From an uncultured Candidatus Saccharibacteria bacterium (GTDB lineage Bacteria; Patescibacteriota; UBA1384; UBA12157; JAENIV01): a stretch of 53,085 nucleotides of DNA. Made by a program: the position numbers and the translations under genes. The stretch covers positions 1 to 53,085 of the forward strand of contig CAYSSM010000003.1 of assembly GCA_964433905.1 (NCBI GenBank), given 5' to 3'. This document shows positions 1 to 6,688 of this stretch, one piece after another. Position 1 is the first letter of the stretch. Each line of letters opens with the position of its first letter. The notes below the pieces were generated by a model. It was given only the letters and a program-made list of their open reading frames with translations. It did no database searches and was not told where the DNA came from.

Positions 1-1052
1 ACTTGAACAAGGCTGTAAATAGGATACAGGATTGAATAAACGATAAAGCCGACTCCAAGGCCAACAATGACAATGGTAACCGGCTCGATCAGATTGGAAA
101 TGGTTTTAATTTTATTGTCAACTTCATCTTCGTAGTAATCGGCCAATTTATTCATTAATGTTTCCAACTTACCCGTTTGCTCGCCCACCATAATCATTTG
201 CGGCACAAGAATAGGAAATTCTTTGGCTTTTTCCAACGGCACCGACATGGGAATGCCGCGCTCGACTTCGGCGATAACCGATTTTAAAATCCTTGTATAA
301 ACGCGATTATTGACGGCGGCGGCGGTGATTTTAATCGTCTCGATAATGGGAATGCCGGCCTCAATCATCATACCCAAGTTTCGGGAAAAACGCGCCATAT
401 AAACATCGTAGGAAACATAGGAAATCAAGGGAGTTTTGAGCTTAATGACATCCCAGGTAAAACGGCCTTTTTTGGTATAGCGGAAAAAATAATACAAGCC
501 CGCACTAACGATAATGATGCCAAGCAAAACAAAATACCAAGAGCCGACCAAAAAGTTGGAAATCGCTACAATAATGCGAGTAGATAAAGGCAATTGAGCG
601 CCGGATTCTTCAAAAACCGTTTTTAAGACCGGCACAACTTTAATCATCATCACAACTACCACCACAATCATGGCGACAACGATAAATATCGGATAAGCAA
701 GAGCAGAGTTGACTTTGCTTTTAAATGACTGGAAGCTTTCCATGCGGTCGGCAAGATTAGCGAGGACTTTTTCCATTTTGCCAGAGGCCTCGCCGGCCCT
801 AACCACCGAGATAAAAACATTATCAAAAACCTTCGGATATTTAGCCATGGCAGCCGATAGCGGCTCGCCGGCATCAATATCCTTGGCAATTCCCTCTAAA
901 ACATTACGAAAGGCAACATTTCTGGTTTGCATTTTAACCAAATTAATAGCTTGGTCAAGAGCAAGCCCGGCGGAGATCATCACCGCCAGCTGCCTGGCAA
1001 AGAAAACTTTTTCTTTATTTGTAACCCTCGCAAAGAGAGTAATATTTTTCAT
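1..1052 (-). CDS. pilC: Type IV pilus assembly platform protein PilC (GspF/T2SSF family); last few C-terminal residues lie beyond the window edge
   Basis: Not in ORF track because there is no stop inside the window. Hand translation from ATG at complement(1050..1052): MKNITLFARVTNKEKVFFARQLAVMISAGLALDQAINLV...VVRAGEASGKMEKVL...MIMVGEQTGKLETLMNKLADYYEDEV... Shows a duplicated T2SSF repeat plus TM helices and sits next to pilT/pilB. Confidence 0.85.
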   Translation of the reverse strand, partial: MKNITLFARVTNKEKVFFARQLAVMISAGLALDQAINLVKMQTRNVAFRNVLEGIAKDIDAGEPLSAAMAKYPKVFDNVFISVVRAGEASGKMEKVLANLADRMESFQSFKSKVNSALAYPIFIVVAMIVVVVVMMIKVVPVLKTVFEESGAQLPLSTRIIVAISNFLVGSWYFVLLGIIIVSAGLYYFFRYTKKGRFTWDVIKLKTPLISYVSYDVYMARFSRNLGMMIEAGIPIIETIKITAAAVNNRVYTRILKSVIAEVERGIPMSVPLEKAKEFPILVPQMIMVGEQTGKLETLMNKLADYYEDEVDNKIKTISNLIEPVTIVIVGLGVGFIVYSILYPIYSLVQ

Positions 1053-1179
1053 CCCGCTCCTTTGATACTATATATTTAATATAACAAGAATGAATTAAGA
1101 TGACAAGAGACCTTGCCAACTTAAATCCAAATCTCAAATAAAAAATGTCAAATCAATCTCAAATACTTAAATAATTGAA

Positions 1180-1542
1180 TTACTTTTTAAGAATCGTGGA
1201 GAATATCAGTAACAATTCATGAGCTTCTCGCCAAAGCTGCCGACATTTTTCTTGATAATCAGGATTCGCCTTAGCAACCATTCTAAGCCAATGTCGGGTT
1301 TCCTTAGCTTCTTTTTTACAAATGCTTATTTTGTGCTTAAAATCTTTCTTTGATTCAGCAGCGTCGGCCTCCATATAATTGGCACCAATACTACATGCAG
1401 ATCTTGTAAGCTGTGAAATTAATATTCGATTTATCGGATTACTACCCAGAAGCTTTAAAAAATCTATAACTTCCTCGGCAAATATTGAGGTTCTTTCTTC
1501 AAGATCAAATTTGTGCTTTGTGATTTGAACTTCATTTGACAT
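1180..1542 (-). CDS. Four-helix-bundle protein (23S rRNA intervening-sequence protein family-like)
   Basis: ORF 1180..1623. The segment RSACSIGANYMEADAAESKKDFKHKISICKKEAKETRHWL is typical of this family. Start moved to the internal ATG (MSNEVQ.., 1542) because the longer form overlaps the pilT 3' end. Confidence 0.7.
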   Translation of the reverse strand: MSNEVQITKHKFDLEERTSIFAEEVIDFLKLLGSNPINRILISQLTRSACSIGANYMEADAAESKKDFKHKISICKKEAKETRHWLRMVAKANPDYQEKCRQLWREAHELLLIFSTILKK

Positions 1543-1580
1543 TTTTGTTTTGATATTTGATATTTCTAATTGAGCTTTGC

Positions 1581-2648
1581 TCAATAGACCATCATCTTGA
1601 AGGCTTTGGGATCCAATGCCCAAGTCAAGGCATTGTCGATGGTAATTTCTCCTTTCGACACCAATTCGGCCAAAACTTTGTCCAAAGTAATCATCCCTTC
1701 GGAAGCGGAAGTTTGAATGATATTCGGCAGTTGGTGGGTTTTACCTTCGCGAATGGTCGACTGAACCGCCGAATTAGAAACCATAATTTCGCAAGCAACG
1801 ATTCGACCGCCGGAAGTCCGTGGAATAAGTCTTTGTGAGACAACTCCAAGCAAGACATTGGCCAGCTGCATTCTGACTTGCTGCTGTTGATAAGGCGGGA
1901 AAACATCAACGATACGGTCGGCTGTCTGGGATGCAGAATTGGTATGCAAAGTAGTAAAAACCAAATGGCCGGTTTCAGCGAGTGTTAGGGCGGCGTCGAT
2001 TGTCTCCAAGTCACGCATTTCCCCGATTAAAACAACGTTGGGATCTTCGCGCAAAGACGATCGCAGTGCCCGGGCGAAAGAATTGGTATCGGAGCCGACT
2101 TCGCGCTGGGAGACAATTGATTTTTCGTGCTCAAAAACATATTCGATCGGATCTTCGATAGTCACGATATGCTCCGCACGGGCGTGGTTAATATGATTAA
2201 TCATCGCCGCTAAAGTCGTTGATTTGCCGTGACCAGTAGGACCAGTGATAACAACAAAACCTTGCGAAGCGTTGGTAAATTTTTCCAAAAGCGGCGGCAG
2301 GCCTAATTCTTGAAGTGTTTTAATTAGTTTAGGAATAAGACGAAGCGAAGCGGCCATGTTGCCTTTTTGAAAATAGGAATTAGTTCGAAAACGAGTCGTT
2401 TGATAACCAAAAGAAAAATCAACCTCTTTTCTTACTTTAAGGCGCTCGAGTTGTTCTTGAGTCATAAACGACTGAATTAGACGGCTAACTGCTTCAGATG
2501 AAAGCTCGGCTTCGGACGGAACGGGAGACAATTTTCCGTCAATTCTCACCATCGGCGGAATGTTTACCGTAAGATGAAGATCGGACGCTTTTCGCTCAAT
2601 GGCAAAATCCAAAAGCTTTTTCATCAAAGGGTCTAAAGTAATTTGCAT
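1581..2648 (-). CDS. pilT: Pilus retraction (twitching motility) ATPase PilT
   Basis: 355 aa. Walker A GPTGHGKST, Asp box IVTIEDPIEY, His box GHLVFTTLHTNSA. PilT-sized secretion ATPase. Confidence 0.9.
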   Translation of the reverse strand: MQITLDPLMKKLLDFAIERKASDLHLTVNIPPMVRIDGKLSPVPSEAELSSEAVSRLIQSFMTQEQLERLKVRKEVDFSFGYQTTRFRTNSYFQKGNMAASLRLIPKLIKTLQELGLPPLLEKFTNASQGFVVITGPTGHGKSTTLAAMINHINHARAEHIVTIEDPIEYVFEHEKSIVSQREVGSDTNSFARALRSSLREDPNVVLIGEMRDLETIDAALTLAETGHLVFTTLHTNSASQTADRIVDVFPPYQQQQVRMQLANVLLGVVSQRLIPRTSGGRIVACEIMVSNSAVQSTIREGKTHQLPNIIQTSASEGMITLDKVLAELVSKGEITIDNALTWALDPKAFKMMVY

Positions 2649-2713
2649 AAATCCTCCTTTATAAATTTCTAATTAACCTAATTATACTAATTGACCTAAT
2701 AAATACCCGATGT

Positions 2714-4918
2714 TTAAACGGCGACGGCCCGCAAAACTTCGTTAATGGTGGTAATCCCCTTCAACGCTTTGATAATGCCGTCTTGGCGCATGGTAATCAT
2801 CCCCTCTTTAATGGCTTCGGCCTTAATTTCCGACGACGGCCGGCGAGCGATACAGACATTTTCAATGTTTTCCGTCATTGGTAAAACTTCGAAAATGCCA
2901 ATTCTGCCTTTATAACCGTGATCGCATTCGGAACAGCCCTTGCCTTCGTAAAATTGATATGGCCGCGGAAAATTTAATTTCGAAAGCTCTTCATCAATTT
3001 CTTTTTGAACCAATTCCGGAATATGAGCCGGCCGTTTACATTTTGGACAAAGTTTTCTTACCAAACGCTGGGCCAAAATGGCGTTGATAGACGAAGTAAT
3101 TAAAAACGGCTCAATGCCCATATTGATTAACCGAGGCAAAGCGCCCGAAGCATCGTTGGTATGCAATGTTGTCAAAACTAAATGACCGGTTAAAGCGGCG
3201 TGGGTGGCAAGCGAGGCGGTTTCGGCATCGCGAACTTCACCAACCATAATTATGTTGGGGTCTTGGCGAAGGACGCTGCGCAAACCGTTAGCAAAAGTAA
3301 AGCCGATTTTAGGTTTAATTTGACATTGATTGACACCGGAAATTTCATATTCAACCGGATCTTCCAAAGTGATGATATTTACCGAAGCAGAAGAAATTCG
3401 GTTTAAAATGGCATACAAGGTTGTTGATTTGCCGCAACCGGTCGGGCCAACCGCTAAGACAATGCCGTAGGGTTTATCGGTATTTTCAGTTAAAATTTTT
3501 AAATTCCTGCCCATCAACCCCAGCTCTTCTAAAGTGTACATTCTTAAAGACTTGTCCAAAATTCTCATGGCAACTTTTTCGCCGTGAACCGTCGGCAAAG
3601 TGGAAATTCTTAAATCAATCTGATGACCGGAAGTAATGGCGTCAAAACGGCCGTCTTGAGGAACTCTGGATTCATCAATTTTTAATTTTGAAAGAATTTT
3701 TATTCTTGACATGAGCGCCGGCTGCATTTCGAGAGGAAGTTTGATAATATCTTTTAGAACGCCGTCGACGCGGTAGCGGACGCGTGAATATTTTTCAGTC
3801 GGTTCAATATGAATATCCGACGATTTTTGAGACACAGCTAAAGCCAATACGGCGGCGACAATTTTTGGCACATTTCCGCCGGTAATAAATTGTTCGAGAT
3901 CGATAACTTCTTTAATGGGAGTATCCAAAAATTTGTCCAAATCGTTTTCGGAAGCTATCACCACCGCTTCGGGGGCTTCTTCCGGCTGCGGTGTCGGTAG
4001 AACCGTCGGCTCGGTGGCTTGCGGCTCTTTGGGAGCCTGCTCAACCGCCGGTTTTGGCATAAACCGGCGGGGGGAAATATCCGATTCGGACGGCGGCGGG
4101 GCAATAATTTTTTCTTCTTTGGGCGGACTATAAAATTTCATCGCCCGGCTAATTTGATGTTCATCAGCTTGATAAATATCCAAAGCAATATCGTTTTTTT
4201 CTCTGACAAAATCAAGGATTTCTTGCACTTTTTTATCTTCGGGATGAACCACCGCCACTTTAATAAGCGAGGGATGCGGGGCCTCGAAAACAACCATTTT
4301 GTATTTTCGCGAAATGTCTTCGGGAAATTTGGAAATTACTTCCAAAGAAATATTCATTTTGTCTAAATCAACAGTTTTACCGGTTGCCGCCGGCGGCGGC
4401 AAAGTTGACGCTACTTTTACGGGAATTTCCGCGATAGAGGCTTCTGCCGGTTTTGAGTATAGAGCAATAATTTTTTGAATATCTTCCTCGGTAGTAACGG
4501 CAATTTTGATAACATAGCCTTTTTTCTTTCTTAATTCATCTAAAACATCGCCCAAATCGCTGGAAAGACGATTGGCTTGCGAGGTGGCGACATTTAAAAT
4601 TTTGTTTTGCTTATCAAATTCATAAACAATAGTTTTGTATTTTTCGGCTAAATCTTTGGGAATAATTTCCAAAACCTCACGAGGAATATTACTACTGGTA
4701 AGCGAGATAAAAGGAATGGAAAATACCGCCGAATAGGCTCGGGCGATATCCTCGCCAGAGACCATATGGCTATCTTTTAGCTTTTCTTCAACTTCGATAT
4801 TGGACAAATGTTTCCAACTCGAAGCATCGTCCGGCTTAATTTTGCCGGTTTCCAAAAGAACATCAACTAACTTTTTCTTATCACTTGTTTGCTGAACGTT
4901 TCCGCCACCTATAAACAA
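2714..4918 (-). CDS. pilB: Type IV pilus assembly ATPase PilB/GspE with extended N-terminal region
   Basis: 734 aa. Walker A GPTGCGKST, LTGHLVLTTLHTND, tetracysteine CPKC...CSEC. Two N-terminal T2SSE_N-like segments are separated by a Pro-rich linker. TTG start preceded by AAGGAGG. Confidence 0.9.
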   Translation of the reverse strand: MFIGGGNVQQTSDKKKLVDVLLETGKIKPDDASSWKHLSNIEVEEKLKDSHMVSGEDIARAYSAVFSIPFISLTSSNIPREVLEIIPKDLAEKYKTIVYEFDKQNKILNVATSQANRLSSDLGDVLDELRKKKGYVIKIAVTTEEDIQKIIALYSKPAEASIAEIPVKVASTLPPPAATGKTVDLDKMNISLEVISKFPEDISRKYKMVVFEAPHPSLIKVAVVHPEDKKVQEILDFVREKNDIALDIYQADEHQISRAMKFYSPPKEEKIIAPPPSESDISPRRFMPKPAVEQAPKEPQATEPTVLPTPQPEEAPEAVVIASENDLDKFLDTPIKEVIDLEQFITGGNVPKIVAAVLALAVSQKSSDIHIEPTEKYSRVRYRVDGVLKDIIKLPLEMQPALMSRIKILSKLKIDESRVPQDGRFDAITSGHQIDLRISTLPTVHGEKVAMRILDKSLRMYTLEELGLMGRNLKILTENTDKPYGIVLAVGPTGCGKSTTLYAILNRISSASVNIITLEDPVEYEISGVNQCQIKPKIGFTFANGLRSVLRQDPNIIMVGEVRDAETASLATHAALTGHLVLTTLHTNDASGALPRLINMGIEPFLITSSINAILAQRLVRKLCPKCKRPAHIPELVQKEIDEELSKLNFPRPYQFYEGKGCSECDHGYKGRIGIFEVLPMTENIENVCIARRPSSEIKAEAIKEGMITMRQDGIIKALKGITTINEVLRAVAV

Positions 4919-4950
4919 TCTCCCTCCTTACAGGAGAACTATTATTTAAC

Positions 4951-4983
4951 TATAGTATATAAAATATCGCCTCCAACTGTCAA
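4951..4983 (-). promoter_or_regulatory. Candidate sigma70-type promoter for pilB
   Basis: Minus strand reads TTGACA-GTTGGAGGCGATATTTTA-TATACT. About 30 nt further on is the AAGGAGG SD. Confidence 0.4.
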
Positions 4984-5087
4984 CCGCTTCGACTTTGCTC
5001 ACGGTTGACACTGAGAGACAAGTTTATTCCGAACGTGCTCCCTTACCAAGTTTTAGCATTGTCGTCGAAGTGTCAAATTCGCAATTT

Positions 5088-5161
5088 TGGCAGGAGTTGA
5101 GGGAATCGAACCCCCGACCCTTCTTTTGGAGAGAAGCGTTTTACCACTAAACTAAACTCCC
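5088..5161 (-). tRNA. tRNA-Trp (anticodon CCA), CCA end encoded
   Basis: Hand-folded: GGGAGTT TA GTTT AGTGGTA AAAC G CTTCT CTCCAAA AGAAG .. GGGGG TTCGATT CCCTC AACTCCT G CCA. G1-U72 wobble, discriminator G. Confidence 0.85.
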
Positions 5162-5187
5162 ATTAACTAAAATGTTAAAACTGCATG

Positions 5188-5297
5188 ATAAACTACTCTG
5201 CGGCTTGCCGCAGAGTATCCTGCGGAAAGTTTGTTTCCAAACAGGTTTTCATCCCCGCAGCAAACTGCGGGGTATTCAACCTGTTGAAAATAAAAGC
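5188..5297 (+). repeat. Structured intergenic repeat, family R, copy 1 (two-hairpin form)
   Basis: ATAAACTAC-[CTCTGCGG cttg CCGCAGAG]-TATCC..AAAGTTTGTTTCCAAACAGGTTTTCATCC-[CCGCAG caaa CTGCGG]-GGTATTCAACCTGTTGAAAATAAAAGC. Conserved modules are shared with copies at 16523 and 23229. Confidence 0.7.
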
Positions 5298-5320
5298 AAA
5301 AGGGTTATTTACTGTATACT

Positions 5321-5416
5321 GTCATCCTGAAGCGTCAGCTGAAGGATCTCTTGTAAATGTAAGTTTATAATGCTCAGACAAGCTGAGAGATTCTTCGGCT
5401 AACGCCTCAGAATGAC
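5321..5416. repeat. MITE-like inverted-repeat element (30-nt arms), family M, intergenic copy
   Basis: Left arm GTCATCCTGAAGCGTCAGCTGAAGGATCTC (5321-5350). Reverse complement of the right arm is GTCATTCTGAGGCGTTAGCCGAAGAATCTC (5387-5416). 25/30 positions match. The same arms occur inside glyQS at 41354-41439. Confidence 0.65.
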
Positions 5417-5452
5417 TTTTCTGTATCACCATTTAAGCTTTAACCAAAGAAA

Positions 5453-5632
5453 TTATTTTTTTGCTTTACTGATCTTTGCTTCCTTGTGCAAAGTATGTTT
5501 ACGGCATTTTTTACAGAATTTACTAAGCTGTAATTTTTCTTTATTTTCTGCCGGATTTTTGCTGGTAGTGTAATTTCTTGATTTACACTCGGTGCATTCA
5601 AACTGAAATAAAATTGATTTAGTCTTGGCCAT
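5453..5632 (-). CDS. rpmG: 50S ribosomal protein L33
   Basis: 59 aa, below the ORF-track cutoff. Hand translation: [59 protein letters not shown]. CxxC..CxxC zinc ribbon; SD AAAGGAA upstream. The listed ORF 5440..5640 is the wrong frame. Confidence 0.9.
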   Translation of the reverse strand: MAKTKSILFQFECTECKSRNYTTSKNPAENKEKLQLSKFCKKCRKHTLHKEAKISKAKK

Positions 5633-5650
5633 TTCGTCATTCCTTTCTAA

Positions 5651-5725
5651 TGGAGCCCATGAGCGGATTTGAACCGCTAACCTGCTGTTTACAAAACAGC
5701 TGCTCTACCATTGAGCTACACGGGC
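5651..5725 (-). tRNA. tRNA-Thr (anticodon TGT), CCA encoded
   Basis: GCCCGTG TA GCTC AATGGTA GAGC A GCTGT TTTGTAA ACAGC AGGTT AGCGG TTCAAAT CCGCT CATGGGC T CCA. Confidence 0.9.
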
Positions 5726-5749
5726 TTATAAAAATGAATATTTGTTTCA

Positions 5750-5824
5750 TGGAGCCCGAGAGGGGACTTGAACCCCTGGCCTATTCCTTACCATGGAATT
5801 GCTCTGCCTCTGAGCTACTCGGGC
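5750..5824 (-). tRNA. tRNA-Thr (anticodon GGT), CCA encoded
   Basis: GCCCGAG TA GCTC AGAGGCA GAGC A ATTCC ATGGTAA GGAAT AGGCC AGGGG TTCAAGT CCCCT CTCGGGC T CCA. Confidence 0.9.
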
Positions 5825-5829
5825 ACTAC

Positions 5830-5863
5830 GGCGGGTGAATCTACCACTGAGCTATCCGGGCCC
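5830..5863 (-). pseudogene. tRNA-derived fragment (acceptor plus D-arm only)
   Basis: Minus strand GGGCCCGGATAGCTCAGTGGTAGATTCACCCGCC. It has a D-arm-like AGCTCAGTGGTAGA but no anticodon or T arm, and abuts the 5' end of tRNA-Thr(GGT). Confidence 0.35.
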
Positions 5864-5920
5864 TTCACTGACACTCAGGGTAAACTGAGTTTATACTGAA
5901 GCCGCCGTTGGCGGCCGAAG

Positions 5921-6007
5921 TGGTGCCGGAGGTAGGATTCGAACCTACGAAGCTGTGAAGCGTCGGTTTTACAGACCGCTGGGTTTGTCCACTTCCCGTA
6001 CTCCGGC
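5921..6007 (-). tRNA. tRNA-Tyr (anticodon GTA), long variable arm, CCA encoded
   Basis: GCCGGAG TA CGGGAAGTGGACAAACCC A GCGGT CTGTAAA ACCGA CGCTTCACAGCTTC GTAGG TTCGAAT CCTAC CTCCGGC A CCA. Layout parallels bacterial class II tRNA-Tyr. Confidence 0.85.
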
Positions 6008-6628
6008 ATTATTCGTTCTATACTTATTTTTATAATAATCTATTGCTTTTTTAACCTCCAAAAGTAATTTTTTATCGCAATATCTAAGATGGATTAAACC
6101 ATTTACCATTTTCCGACCATTTTTTCTAAAATCATTTCTGACATATGGTTTAGAAAATTGTCTCCTGGGAATCCCCGTTAAATTGCTCCAAAAATTAATT
6201 AAACTATCAACATCTTGATCTGTATAGCAATATAATAGAATCCTCAACTTTTTTTCATCAATTTCGTAAATATTTCTTAAAAATTTAAGAAATATCGTAA
6301 TCATTTCCGGATCACTGTTGGCGAAATCTACAATGCTTCCTTTTTCGCTCGTGTAACCCTCGCTCCAATAAAGCATTGTGCCGATAACTTTTAATTCCCT
6401 TAGTAAAACAGAATCAATAAGTCTAAGTTTAAAAGAAGGTGATTTTCTTTCAAAATGTAATCGATTTATTTCAGAAAAATTTCTCCGTTTTAGTTTATGT
6501 TTTCTCATAAAATAAATGACCGCATCAATTGATACATCAAGTTTTTCGGCTATTTGACGCATGCATAGCTGATTACCATAATAAAGTTTTTTGATCTCAA
6601 CCAATCTATTGTCTAAAATCTTACTCAT
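5969..6628 (-). CDS. HTH plus LAGLIDADG-like putative homing endonuclease; 3' end reads into tRNA-Tyr
   Basis: 219 aa. N-terminal HTH-like CMRQIAEKLDVSIDAVIYFMRKH. Has GTMLYWSEGYTSEKGSIVDFANSDPEMITIFLKFLRNIY, a LAGLIDADG-type motif followed by a conserved beta-alpha segment. The last 13 codons are the tRNA-Tyr 5' half and the stop is the TAA of the anticodon loop. Confidence 0.5.
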   Translation of the reverse strand: MSKILDNRLVEIKKLYYGNQLCMRQIAEKLDVSIDAVIYFMRKHKLKRRNFSEINRLHFERKSPSFKLRLIDSVLLRELKVIGTMLYWSEGYTSEKGSIVDFANSDPEMITIFLKFLRNIYEIDEKKLRILLYCYTDQDVDSLINFWSNLTGIPRRQFSKPYVRNDFRKNGRKMVNGLIHLRYCDKKLLLEVKKAIDYYKNKYRTNNAGVREVDKPSGL

Positions 6629-6643
6629 GCAATTATTCTATCA
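6629..6643 (-). promoter_or_regulatory. Extended -10 promoter 6 nt upstream of ATG (leaderless-type) for the endonuclease-like ORF
   Basis: Minus strand TTGACA-N16-(TGA)TAGAAT-AATTGC-ATG. Confidence 0.4.
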
Positions 6644-6688
6644 CCTTATACCATTGTGTCAATTGTAAATGTACCAGAACCAATTTCA

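Noticed and set aside
668-1065. ORFs 668..889(-) and 709..1065(+) from the track
   Set aside because: They lie inside or antisense to the long window-truncated pilC reading frame (1..1052, minus), which has a convincing GspF-family translation. The listed ORFs have no motifs.
1543-1623. Long N-terminal extensions proposed by the ORF track (4HB 1180..1623; murB 26167..27387; murD 31966..33444; radA 21693..23045; glyQS 41027..42523; zinc-ribbon 8761..9162; 47451..47897)
   Set aside because: The extensions overlap upstream genes or promoter/leader sequence. Conserved N-termini begin at internal ATGs that sit at typical stop/start junctions or behind an SD.
4919-5087. Possible secE or another small gene between tRNA-Trp and pilB, as expected from the conserved rpmG-tRNA-Trp-secE-nusG order
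   Set aside because: The only ATG-initiated frame on the minus strand is 11 codons long. The region is better explained by a promoter plus a palindromic repeat (GTCAACCG..CGGTTGAC).
5185-5370. 61-aa ORF (MINYSAACRRVSCGKF...), plus analogous ORFs 23215..23454, 23223..23429 and 16427..16609
   Set aside because: They run across copies of the family R/M repeats. The similar peptides are a by-product of conserved nucleotide repeats with hairpins. No SD or coding signal.
5650-5838. 62-aa plus-strand ORF
   Set aside because: It is antisense to the two tRNA-Thr genes and is an artefact.
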